The notes: generated by a model not told the origin, from the sequence alone. A DNA stretch of 64,000 nt from Octopus vulgaris (GCA_951406725.2 OX597834.1:22072001-22136000), one strand, 5' to 3'; numbered from the stretch's first letter, positions 27,318 to 39,401 are shown. Numbers and translations are program-made.

Positions 27318-27530
27318 ATTGAGGTCCCCCTGCTCTGCTCAGTGCTTGTGGCAGCAAGCTTCCTCCACTGGGTCCAGTTGGCCACTACTTTTGCACATCC
27401 ATTCTTTGTAATGTTGACTGTCTTCTGGTCATCTTGAAGTGTTTGCCACCAAGTGATCTTCAACCTTTCCCTTTTATGTCTGCTGACAGGTGGGACCCAA
27501 TTCATGACCGTTTTCAAATGCCAAGTTATA
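27318..27530 (-). mobile_element. RTE-type LINE extreme 3' fragment
   Basis: KTVMNWVPPVSRHKRERLKITWWQTLQDD...ANWTQWRKL resembles the RTE C-terminus (W.P.GKR.RGRPK.TW...A.DR..WR). Confidence 0.65.
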
Positions 27531-27846
27531 CCAGTGGTTCTCAACAGGGGTCCATATAAGATTTTCTTAGGATTTTAGGGGCAATAAATTGCTTATGCTT
27601 CTGCAATTCATTAAATATTTTTCTTTTTGTTTCTATAAAAATACTCTAGGATTTATATATATATATTACCCACTACACTCACGAAGTGGTTGGCGTTAGG
27701 AAGGGCATCCAGCCGTAGAAACATTGCCAGATCAGACTGGGCCTGGTGCAGTATTCTGGCTTCCCAGACCCCAGTTGAACCGTCTAACCCATGCTAGCAT
27801 GGAAAGCGGACGCTAAACGATGCTGATGATGATATATATATATATA

Positions 27847-28160
27847 GTGCAGGTGTGGCTGTGTGGTAAGAAGCTTGTTTCCTAACCACATGCTTCTAGG
27901 TTCAGTCCCATTGCATGGCACCTTGGGCAAGTGTCTTCTATCATAGCCTTGGACTGACCAAAGCCTTGTGAGTAGACCTGGTAGATGGAAACTGAAAGAA
28001 GCCTATCGTATATATGTTTGTGTGTGTGTGTATATGTGTGTGAGTGAGTGTCCAACCCATCCCTCCCACTTTTTGATAACTGGTGTTGGTGTGTTTACGT
28101 TCCTGTAACTTAGCAGTTTGGCAAAAGAGACCAATAGAATAAGTATCAGGCTTATAAAAA
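27847..28160 (+). mobile_element. SINE family A (3' incomplete), preceded by a family C fragment at 27670-27831
   Basis: Head and body match 25137-25544. Confidence 0.8.
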
Positions 28161-28420
28161 CTCAAGATAGATAGATACATACACACACGACGATATCAAA
28201 AATATGTTTAAGCGCGATCCTTTTTAGTGAGAATGTTTTTTTCATATTTCAACGAAACAAAGTACTGATTAAGAAATAAGAAGAAAAAAAATTTTAATAA
28301 CAAAAATGATCTTAAACACAGTCGTGTTTTATTAAAAATTGCTTGAATGCCTTCCCCTCCTCCCTCTCCTATGCAAATTTATGTGTGCACATAATTGTCT
28401 GTGTATGTATATATATATAT

Positions 28421-28930
28421 ATATATATAAAACTGTAGTTGTGTGAGTGTCTGTCCCCTTCGATTTAGATTCCTAACTACTCCCACATTTTGCGGTGCAG
28501 TTTAACCAAATTCGGGTATCTTATAGTCGTGATTCGTATCGAGCCCGTCTGAGTATTAGCGCGCGTCTACGATGAGTCTACGATTTTAAAAATAATTTAA
28601 CATCATTTTTTATTCCATTTTAGTGCATTTTTTTTCGTGTGTCGATGGCGGCGGAGTTGGCGTCCATGGTCACACCTGCACCTGCTTGCTTCTCCCCCTT
28701 CTTCCCTCCCTCGTGAAGCTGTGGGGAAGGCAGTGTAAGGAAATCAACGTCGTAAAGCGTTGTCAAGGAGACCAGCGTTCTTTTAGAACAACGACTTCAT
28801 GGCTTGAAGACACCAAAATTACCATCATTTTTTATTCCATTTTTAATGCATTTTTTTGCTATAACTCACTAAAAATGCTTATATAGTTATTTCCCTTACA
28901 AACCCGAGCAACGCCGGGCGATACTGCTAG
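28421..28930 (+). mobile_element. Non-autonomous Helitron with a GC-rich internal segment
   Basis: Same 5' block and hairpin-CTAG|T end as 20186-20582; segment ~28635-28815 is absent from the other two copies. Confidence 0.8.
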
Positions 28931-29467
28931 TATATATATATGAATGTATGTAAGTGTAGGCGTGAAACTGAGTAGCCAACAGCACAGTGGTGTGTTTTAG
29001 AACGTACATACATAGATACATATACACACTATTTCTTATCACATCAGTAACACAACTTTATCTTACGCTCACTTTATTTACTTTTCCCTTAAACTGCTCC
29101 TCTCTCTTTCTCTCTTCCTCTGTCTATCAATCTATCTCTCTCATACCTTCTTCACACTTTTCTTCTGCTCCATTCACTCTATACCTTTCTCTCTCTCTCT
29201 CTCATACCCTTATTCCTTCTTTCTTTACCTTTTCCTGTCTCCCCCTCTCTCGCCCAATCTATCTATCTATCTATCTTTTTTTTTAAATTTTATTTTATCC
29301 CCCCCCCCTTTTTTTGTCCTCTTTCTTTCCATTTACGATCCCTTTTGATCAAAAACCAAACCCCCTTCTTTTACCCCCAAAAGAAAAGCTCTACCTTGTA
29401 ATTTTGTCCTGTCTGTGTGCAGCCCTGTGTGGCTAATAAAGAAACATATCTATCTATCTATCTATCT

Positions 29468-29632
29468 ACGTTCTGAGTTCAAATTCTGTCGAGGTCGACT
29501 TTGCCTTTCATCCTTTCGAGGTCGATTAAATAAGTACCAGTTACGCACTGGAGTCGATATAATCGACTTAATCCGTTTGTCTGTCCTTGTTTGTCCTCTC
29601 TGTGTTTAGCCCCTTGTGGGTAGTAAAGAAAT
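29468..29632 (+). mobile_element. 5'-truncated SINE family B within (TATC)n
   Basis: Starts at 'acgttctgagttcaaatt' and matches the family B body and tail. Confidence 0.85.
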
Positions 29633-29715
<83 letters not shown>

Positions 29716-29717
29716 CC

Positions 29718-29751
<34 letters not shown>

Positions 29752-30061
29752 CTTTCTCTGATAATCTCTTCATTCTCTCTTTCTTTCCCTCTTATTCATT
29801 CATTCTTTCCATATTCTCTCACGCTTTCATTGAAATATCTGCATACGATCTTACAACACACTCGTTCGTGTCTGTGTTTGTGTGTGTGTGGTGAAAAATG
29901 AATTTATTCAGAATTATGTATAGACATCAAGATAAGCAGACAGACACTGAAAGCTAGACACACACACACAACAACACATATAAAGAGAGAGAGAGAGATG
30001 ATGTAGATAGGTAGATAGATGGAGAGAGAAACAGAGGAAGAAGAGTGTGGCATGTATACAC

Positions 30062-30092
<31 letters not shown>

Positions 30093-30881
30093 TATACACT
30101 ACAGACACGTACGCACAATACACAAGTGTCATACATGCGATATATTATAAACAGACACATTGAGCTACATTATGTGTGTCTGCGTGTGTGTATATCTATA
30201 CGTATGTGTATGTATACGCACATCTACATCCTTATGTATACAGAATTATATAAACAAAGGCAGATATCACCCAACACCTCAATTCATTCATTCACCATAA
30301 ACATACACGCATACACACCCATTCATACACATTCAGAAACAGACAGTACTATAGTATATGTGTTTATATACACGCCGGCATATACATACATAACTTACAT
30401 TACAGGTGTTTATATACGCTCGTTCATACAAGTACAGACAGAAAGAGGCGAACACACACACACAGATATCTGGATACACACACCTGGACACACGTTTATG
30501 TTATGAGAAAGGGAGGGGGAAGCATGTAGGGAGGGGAAGTGAGAGGAAGAGTGATTTATATATATATATGTAAGGAAGAGGGATAAGCACGGGGGGGGGG
30601 GGCTATAATGTGAAGGAAAGAGAAAGGTTTATATAGGGAAGTAGGGAGGGAGAGAGAGAGAGAGAGACCAATTTTATGAATGTAGACAAAAGTGAAAAAA
30701 ATGAGAGGCGATTTATTTGCTTTCCCCATCGTTTTGAGGAAAATTTGGTAATATGATGGATGGATGTACAGTCTTCACAAACTCTTTCACTTAATAAATA
30801 GTTATTTTTTTAAACATCGAAATATGTTTATTCTGAAGGTAAGACAGCCTTTTATCATTTTAGAACTAATATTTCTCTCTT

Positions 30882-30913
<32 letters not shown>

Positions 30914-32254
30914 TCCCTCTCTATAGTCATATCCTTAATATTTATGATGTAATAATTTCGTGATAATATTGAGAAAAAAAAATTAAGTTACTTAAAATTT
31001 TGGCAAATTTTTTTCCCCCCCAGTAGTTTAATTTTCTCTCTGCTTAGTCACACACACACACACAGACATATTAAACTTCAACATCACCAGTAATGATAAT
31101 AATAATAATAATGGTTCCTTTTCACCACGTGTGTAGATATGGGGGGGGACATCACAAGGGCAGTCGATGGTTTGTTGTGGGAGGTGAGCTATTTAAAAGA
31201 TGAGGGGAAATGGTTTAATCGATTCTTTTGACCCTCGTACTTCCCTAGTACTTTACTTTAACGACACCCCCAAAGGATGAAAGAAGCAGTTGCCTTTGAT
31301 GGGATTTGAACTCAGAATGTAGAGAGCAAATGACAACAAGAATAATGATGCTTTATTTATTCGCTGCTAAGGATTCGCAAGAAACATTAGTGACTTTACA
31401 GGACAATACAAGTGGAATTTCTTACATAAAAGCGGGTACCAATTGAAATAAATGAAATAGAAAATTCAGACCAGGAATATTTCTTTAAAATGTGGTGGAG
31501 AAACCTTGGAAGATTTTATTCCTGTTAACGAAACCACAGTCTCACCAGTCAAAGACAAGAGTCCTCTAGTAAGAATAATAATCCTTTCTGTTTCAGGTAC
31601 AAGGCCTGAAATTTGGGGGAAGGTGGTTAGTGGATTACATTGACCCTAGTTCTCAAATGGTACCTATTTTATCGACCCCGAAAGGAATGAAACACAACGA
31701 AGACCTCGGTGCAATTTGAGTGTAGAATGTAGACAGACGAAATGCCGCTAAGCACCTTGTCTACCTGAGGGGGGTTTCCAAGAAGTTGTTGTTTCTAATT
31801 TAGTCCCAAGGCCAGTAATTTTAAGGGAAAGGGCTTAGTCGATGCTGTCAACTCCAGTACTTGACTGTTACTTTATTTTATCAACCTTGAACGATAAAGT
31901 TAACCGCGGCTGGTTTTGAACTCAGATCGCAAAGAGCGGGAATAAAATGTCGGAAGGAATTTTGTCCAACGCTCTTGGTGTAAGGTCAGCAATTTTCAGG
32001 AAGAGGTCGATTACATCGACTGGTACTTTAGTTTATCGATTACATCGACTGGTACTTTAGTTTATCGATTACATCGACTAATTATTATTATTATTCTTAC
32101 TAGAGGGCTCTTGTCTTTGGCTGGTGAGATCGTGGTTTCGTAGGGTTAAAAGGCATAATCTTCCAAGGTTTCTTCCACCATATTTTAAAGAAATGTTCCT
32201 GGCCTGATTTTTCTGTTTCATTTATTTTATCGATTACATCGACTCGTACTTTAT

Positions 32255-32349
32255 GTGGCGAAAGTAAAGAATACGTACACCCGGCGTTTAGGGTTAGGGT
32301 TTTTTGTTACACTGAAAACAGGTGGTGTACGTATTCTTTACTTCCGCCC
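32255..32349. mobile_element. ~95-bp MITE with 25-bp TIRs and internal TTAGGG repeats
   Basis: TIRs 32257-32281 and 32324-32348 (1 mismatch); 'tttagggttagggtt' inside; flanking TTTAT direct repeat. Confidence 0.75.
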
Positions 32350-33027
32350 TTTATTTTATTGAACTCCGAGAGACTGAAAATTAAAATTGACCCCAATGGG
32401 ATTCGAACATAGAACGTAAATAGTTGGAAGAAATACTTCACAGCAAATTAAGTCAGACGCTCAGAAGATTCTTCTAAAATCGGTTCGGTCCATTGTTTTG
32501 TCACCAGGGACCATTGTTGAGGAAAACCACGTTGCAATAACAACAACAAAATGATAATTGAATAAAGTCTGGAATGGGGAGAGAAAGATGGCGCAGGTGT
32601 AACTGTGATTAAGAAACTCGCTTTGTAGTCACATGAAGCCGAGTTCAGTCACACTGCGTGGAAACTTTGGACAGGTGTCTTGTAGTTATAATCTTGGACC
32701 GACCAATGTCTTGTTAGTGTATCTGGAAGATGGAAACCGTGATGAAGCCTGCCGTGTGTGTATGTATATATATATATATATATACACACAAATAAGAAAA
32801 TTGAGGAACAAATTCATTTCGATCATCAACTTACAGATATTGCAGTTTCATATTATTTATTAATTATATAAATAGGAACATGAAAATGGAACAAAACAAT
32901 ATACATCAATATGCAAATTAATTAGATAACTGATATCCCATAGTGAGTTACCCTCATAACCCCTATCTTACTTTGTACTATATATATATATATATTTATA
33001 CATATATATATATACCCTTCCATATTG

Positions 33028-33115
33028 GCTAACTCTGATGAGTGTAAAATATATAATCGGATTGTTACTTAACACTCCTTTGTATTCCTTGTGTGAAACC
33101 GATTGGCAAGATCAG
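33028..33115 (+). ncRNA. Decayed hammerhead motif (family H, copy 1)
   Basis: CTGATGA 33035-33041, GAAAC 33095-33099, then CGATTG-GCA; homologous to 38361-38435 and 38770-38837. Lies in an insert that splits a SINE A (32590-32760 and 33218-33482). Confidence 0.5.
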
Positions 33116-33989
33116 CCGTGATGGATATGTAATACTATATATTTCGGATGGTATAGCCCCGTTTAGTGTTGGCTGTCGGTTTATGAAAAAAATTAGGACT
33201 GGAGGTCAGAGCCGCCTAATGAGTGGAATTGGTAGATGGAAACTGAAAGAAGCCCGTCGTATATATATATATGTGTGTGTGTGTGTGTTTGTGCCCCATT
33301 ATCACTTGACAACCGATACTGGTTGTTTACGTCTCCGTAAATTAGCGGTTCGGCTAAAGAAACCGATAGAATAAGTAACTAGGCTTACAAAGAATAAGTC
33401 CTGGGGGTCGATTTGTTCGACTAAAGGCGGTGCTTGCTCCAGCATGACCGCAGTCAAAATGACTGAAACCAGTAAAAGAGTAATATACAATTTTTCATTC
33501 ATTTTTCTATCAATATACTTTGGGGAAATAAGTGTCGAAATGCTGTCTATTCATTTGAAAGTAAAAATTTTTGGATAGAGATGGATGTTTCGTTTCAAAA
33601 AGTTTCTGAGATTGAAGTGGCTTCCTCTTTTATTCTTTGTTTTTGTTTCTTTTGGGTTTTTTTCTTTTTCATTTATTGAGTGTTAGTGGGTGGTGTGGTG
33701 TGGTGATGAGTATCGGTTTGTGTGAGAGAAAAATACTTTAAATGTATTTATTATGTTTTGCATGTATATTGGTCGTCGTTTTTTTTTTTTAAAGTTGTTA
33801 ATGCATATATATGTGCGAATATGCGCTTCTGCGCTAGATGTGTATATGTTTGAAAACACACAGACGAATATTGAGAGGAAATATGAAAACGGGGAAAAAA
33901 TTGTTTGGGCCATTTCAATAATCACTGGATCCATGCATGAGAAGTGTTGTGTGTATCTAACTACATTTATCGATCTATCTATCTGTCTG

Positions 33990-34036
<47 letters not shown>

Positions 34037-34548
34037 GTCTATTTGCCTATCTATCTATCTGTCTATCTATCTATTTGTCTGTCTATCTATCTATTTGTCT
34101 ATCTATCTATCTATTTGTCTATTTATCTATCTGTCTGTCTATCTATCTGTCTGTCTATCTATCTGACTATCTATCTATTTGTCTATCTATCTATCTGTCT
34201 ATCTATCTATCTATTTGTCTGTCTATTTATCTATCTATCTGTCTGTCTATCTATCTGTGTGCGCGTGTATCTGTCTATATCTATGTGTATGCGTCTACAT
34301 ACAGTGTATGTGTGCATCTATCTATATCTTTGCATGTATGTGTATATTAAAGTCACCGGCCTTATCTCTTATCTAACTTCAATATATACTGCTTAGAGTG
34401 TGCTTCTTTCTCTGGGTTATATTTACGGACGATCGATATATACACACATATATATATACACACAGGCACGCACATACATTGTGTTTATATTGTACATACG
34501 TGTGTGTATATGTCCCATATGCATACGTACTAAACTTACCTATTTATA

Positions 34549-34602
<54 letters not shown>

Positions 34603-35599
34603 CACACGTGTGTGTGTATGTACACACATCCCCTCGTGTGTATGTATGTATGTATGACTATATTGGTTAATGTGCCATTTCTTAACATGTTAAAGAAATC
34701 TCCATAGCTTTATCGAATAGTAAAGCACGGGAAGCAAAAAAATATATATATATAATAGTAAAGTAATAAAATTACTTTTAAACATTTGTATAAAAATAAA
34801 AATACAGATCGTAAGTTATCAAATAGAAAAATGCGAAAGTATTTTGATAATGCATAAAAGATGTTTACTTCAATTTTGTAAAAGTATATTTTACAATTCG
34901 ATAGTGTCGTAAGAGGGAAAAATCAGAAGTAGATCGAAGTGATTGGTGAATGTGTGAGATAAGTGAGTGAGTCTATGTTCAATGGTAGTGTCTGGAGAAA
35001 GGGGAAAAGGTGATCCCTGTGAACAGGACTTAACAGTTTTCTCCTCAGAAAAAGAGAGATCTGCGGGGTTTGAGCAAAGATAAGTGTTCCAGATGATATA
35101 TTACGGCAATATTTTATTTACGAACATATCTACACTCACGGAGTGGTTGGCATTAGGAAGGGCATCCAGCCGTAGAAACATTGCCAGATCAGCCTTCTAG
35201 CTTCCCAGACCCCAGTTGAACCGTCCAACCCATGCTAGCATTGAAAGCGGACGCTAAACGATGATGATGATGATGATGATCTAAAAACTAAATTGGCCTT
35301 TTAGATTAATTCAGAAGTTTCATACAGTTTGGATTATTTTGTACAGAGATCTAATTAGCTTAAGATAATTGCAAGTCGTATACATCTCTCTCTCTCCATA
35401 CACACACAAAGACACATATACATACCCACACATAATGGACTTCCACGCAGTTTCTATCGACCAGACTCACTCACAAGGTATTGGTCGGCCTGGGGATACC
35501 CAGGTGCCGCACATCGGGCAGGAACCAGAAACCAATGGCAAAACGGGCTTCTTAATCACACTGCTATGCTTACACCTTCTAAAATAAAATAAATATATA

Positions 35600-35821
35600 T
35601 ATTGGTAAAACGGTAAGATAACAAAAGAAAGAAAGAGACCTCAATATTATGTAAATAGAGGAAATTTATCTATACAATAATATGTTACATTACTCGATAG
35701 TCAAGATAAAACTCTGAGTTTCAGATGCCGAAGTGGGAATCCACGACATCTGTTCGGTTATCTGGCTATTTGAAAACGCTATCTTGACTATCGAGTAATG
35801 TAACATATTATTGTATAGATA
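35600..35821. mobile_element. Fold-back element with a perfect 42-bp inverted repeat around a hammerhead-like motif
   Basis: Arms 35667-35708 and 35780-35821; minus strand reads agataa-CCGAACA-GATGTCG/CGGCATC-T-GAAAC-TCAGA-GTT-ttatct. Confidence 0.6.
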
Positions 35822-36533
35822 TATATATATATATTTGTTAGCTTTGCTCAATGAAATCTATAGCTTGTCTTAGTGTTTCTAACAGAAAATAGATTTCACT
35901 CCTATTTCAGTCTTCAATGATTGTTAGCTAAGTAAACAGCTATGATAAACACGATTGTTCCCAAAATACAATGATTTAACGACCAGATCCACAACAACCT
36001 GCCATGCTGCCCATCCCAGTATGTATGCAATGAAATAATATGTAAAAACCATTTGGTTAAGAAAAATAGCTTGACGTTTAATAAGAGTCAATAAAAACTG
36101 TCTCTAAAGAATGAATATATATATATATATATATACATATATACATATATATACAGATCGCCATGTTGATTCGCTAGCTTCTGCACGCATTTTTTTTCTC
36201 TCCTTGTTTCTCTCCGTGTTTCCTTTCTGTTGAAGAGCATAGGCTCGAAACATAAAAGACTTGTTTTATTTATATTCCTGAGCGCCATACTAATACAATT
36301 GTTTGTTTGTACTCCACCTGCCTTCGTCTTTTGTTTATTTTCATAAAGCTTCCCGTTATATATATATATAATGGAGAAATTGTACAAAATGTACGAATGG
36401 ATGATGAGTAAAGCACTGGCACAGTTCCGATTACCTGTTGTTATCCATGGATTTACTGCAGGAACTTCGTAGTGGTGGTTGTGATAACAGTTTTAATAAA
36501 ATTGGAGATGGAATGTGTAATATACTTTATTGG

Positions 36534-36576
36534 GTACAACACATGTTTCGACACCATTCTGGGTCTCTTCAGGTAC
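36534..36576 (-). ncRNA. Minimal type I hammerhead ribozyme, apparently intact
   Basis: GTAC-CTGAAGA-GACCC agaat GGTGTC-GAAAC-ATGT-GTT-GTAC: full core, 4-bp stem I, bulged stem II, short stem III with palindromic ACATGT; AATAAA 2 nt downstream. Confidence 0.7.
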
Positions 36577-36997
36577 ATCAATAAAAAGTCTTACTAGAAA
36601 TTTCTTGAGTCGGCTTACATACTGCTAAATGTCCATCAAATTCGAGAATATATATAGATTAATTGCGTAAGTAAAATTGCATAATTTATTAACAGTGAAA
36701 CAGTTGTCTGGGGTTAATCTATATTTTTGTTATTTTTCATTTGTCCTGCTCACTTACATTCATAGTGTGCTAAATTTTTCTTGAGAACAATTCTTAGTGG
36801 TTGCGACTCATGTGGATCTCTCTTTAGCGTAAGAGCGTCCACATAGTGGATTCTCTCACATATTTGTGTGTATGTGTATGTGTGTGTATATATATATATA
36901 ATCACATACACACTTTATACATAAAAAAAAACCCCACAACTTTATCATTAACAGAAAGAAAACAGACCAACGAACACACCTATATATAGCCCCATTT

Positions 36998-37080
36998 AGG
37001 CAAGTGTCTTCTATAATAGCCTTGAGTGGAATTGGTAGACGGAAACTGAAAGAAGCACGTCATATGTATGTAGATATATG

Positions 37081-37113
<33 letters not shown>

Positions 37114-37335
37114 GAATATTTGTGTGTCTTTGTCTCCCCATCATCGCTTGACAACCAATGCTGGCATATTTATATCCCCGTAACTTAGTGGTTCAGCAAA
37201 AGAGACCGACAGAATAATTACTAGGCTTACAAAGAATAAGTCCTGGGGCCGATTTCTTTGACTGAAACCCTTTAAGGCAATGCTCCAGCATGGCCACAGT
37301 CAAATCACTGAAACAAGTAAAAGAATAAAAGAATA
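36998..37335 (+). mobile_element. SINE family A, 5' truncated and older
   Basis: Body and tail match 25137-25544. Confidence 0.8.
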
Positions 37336-37922
37336 CGTGACTTTTCGAAAATTAATTTTATTCCTGGTTTTTTTGTTTTTTGTTCTTTTTTTGTTTCTGA
37401 CTTTTATATTTTTTTTCTCTTGCTTGAGAATCTTAAAATTCTAACAGTAATTGCCAAGAAACAAGGAAGGCGCTGTTGAGGTGTGGAAGTGTTCTCCTCT
37501 TGTGGACGCACCAAAAGGTGGATGATTAGTGGCGGAAATTGGTGGATGGAACTACGTGGCGCACTGTCTTGTCGGTGGAGAACGATGATCAGGAAAAGGG
37601 GACACTTGCCTTTGGCGGCGAGGGTGACATCAGATCCATGGGGGGGGGGTCCCCAATTGGCCCTTGTTGAAGGTTGTACTGTATCAGGAGAGTGGTGAGG
37701 TGTGTGTAAAATAAGGCACCAGCTGAATACTGAGGGTTGGGTGTTGCAGAAATCTAACATGGGCTTTTCTATCCCCACCAAATTGTTTGTAGGTTTCTAG
37801 CAACATTAGACAGTGTTTAACATGAATCTGACAACTTTATTTATTTATAAATCTTTTTATTTATTCCTTTTGAAAATTTTTGGTTGTCATTATTATTATC
37901 ATTATTATTATTATCATTATTA

Positions 37923-37966
<44 letters not shown>

Positions 37967-38360
37967 CATTATTATTATTCCTTCGTAGTGATTAGAAATA
38001 ACTTTTTTTCAAAGGTATCTGATGGATTTTAATATAATTTATAATATATATATATATACTTATGTATATATGTGTGTATATAGATGAATAAATATTTATG
38101 TGTGTTTGTGTGTATGTACAGAAACCTACCTTCATTTGTTTATTTTTTAATTATCATTATTACATTAATTGAAAAGGAAATGAATGAATATTCAATAAAC
38201 AAATATCTCCATTTTCTTTCATTTTCATGTAGCCCATCAATTATACCAATGTATATAGTTGCCTAAAAATTCCAAAATCAGAAAAAAATAGGCACTTGTT
38301 ATATTTGTCACTAGAGTAGGTTACTAATCTTAAGATGCACATTGTTATAGAACCATTTCA

Positions 38361-38435
38361 GCCAATCTTACCAATCAGTTTCACACAGGAAATTTGATGG
38401 TTACATACATAATGCCACACTCATCAGAGTAGCTA
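38361..38435 (-). ncRNA. Decayed hammerhead motif (family H, copy 2)
   Basis: CTGATGA 38427-38421, GTGTGG..CTGTGT, GAAAC 38382-38378, TGATTG, GTA. Confidence 0.55.
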
Positions 38436-38769
38436 GCATGGAAAAACTGGTGACAGCTCTCTGCTAATCGAGATCGGCAAATGTCACTTCTGGTTTATGG
38501 ATGCTGTGAAAAAAGACAGAATTGAACCTGTGGGAGACAGTCAGAGGAAGACTCTATCAAGAGTTATGTTCCTTATCTAAAAAAAAAAAGAATATGAGTG
38601 GTAACTTCCAGCAAAGTGAGGTTTGGGTGTGGGAAGTGAGGTGTTGATGTGTGCAGGAGGTTATCAGAAGGAGGCGAGGGGAAGCAGCCAAGCCTTAAAT
38701 GCATGTGTATGTATAGCTGGGTGTGATCAGTACTATACTGGACTCTGGGGTTGTTATGGTGAGAAGACT

Positions 38770-38837
38770 GATAGCTCTGATGAGCACAGTGTTAAGTAGT
38801 CACCTAATTTCCTGTGTGAAACCAACTGGTAAAATCT
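38770..38837 (+). ncRNA. Hammerhead motif (family H, copy 3)
   Basis: CTGATGA 38777-38783, stem II GCACAG/CTGTGT, GAAAC 38818-38822, CAACTG, GTA 38829-38831; stem I is damaged. Confidence 0.6.
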
Positions 38838-39038
38838 GTTGAAATGGACCAACATTAAGATTAATATACCCACTTTATTAACCAATGCACAAGTGCCTGT
38901 TATTTCTGACTCATAGATACTTAGATGACTATATATATCTATATGGTGTATGTGTGTGTTTGTTTTTTTAATTCTTATTGGTTTGACTATGACAAAACGT
39001 TGTCTTAGATGTGGTTACTTGACTATTTCTTCCTTCAG

Positions 39039-39086
39039 AAACAGTAATGCTGCCTCCTGGAGTCCTAAGTCCAATGCTACTTTCAG
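39039..39086 (+). CDS. Candidate 48-nt internal exon of an unknown gene
   Basis: ttgac branch-like motif, atttcttccttcag acceptor, AG|GTACAG donor; frame-preserving; open as TVMLPPGVLSPMLLS or NSNAASWSPKSNATF. No recognised homology. Confidence 0.25.
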
Positions 39087-39363
39087 GTACAGAATTTCAT
39101 ACAATCTATGTTCTCCAAGTGTCTGTATGTGCCTGCATATGTGTGTGTTTGTGTGAATATGTATGTGTGCGTTTTGAGTGTTGGTAAAAACAAAAACAAC
39201 AAAAACACTCGCACAACTGGTGTTATTTTTTTAGCAATGTCTCAGTGTAGCACTAATGGCTAGTTTCATATATATATACACAAACACACACATATATGTA
39301 TATTTATACACACACACAAACATATATATATATATTTATATACACACACACATATATATTTAT

Positions 39364-39401
<38 letters not shown>

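Noticed and set aside
38360-38378. Tandem CCAAT boxes suggesting a promoter
   Set aside because: They are the reverse complement of stems III and I of the family H hammerhead motif.
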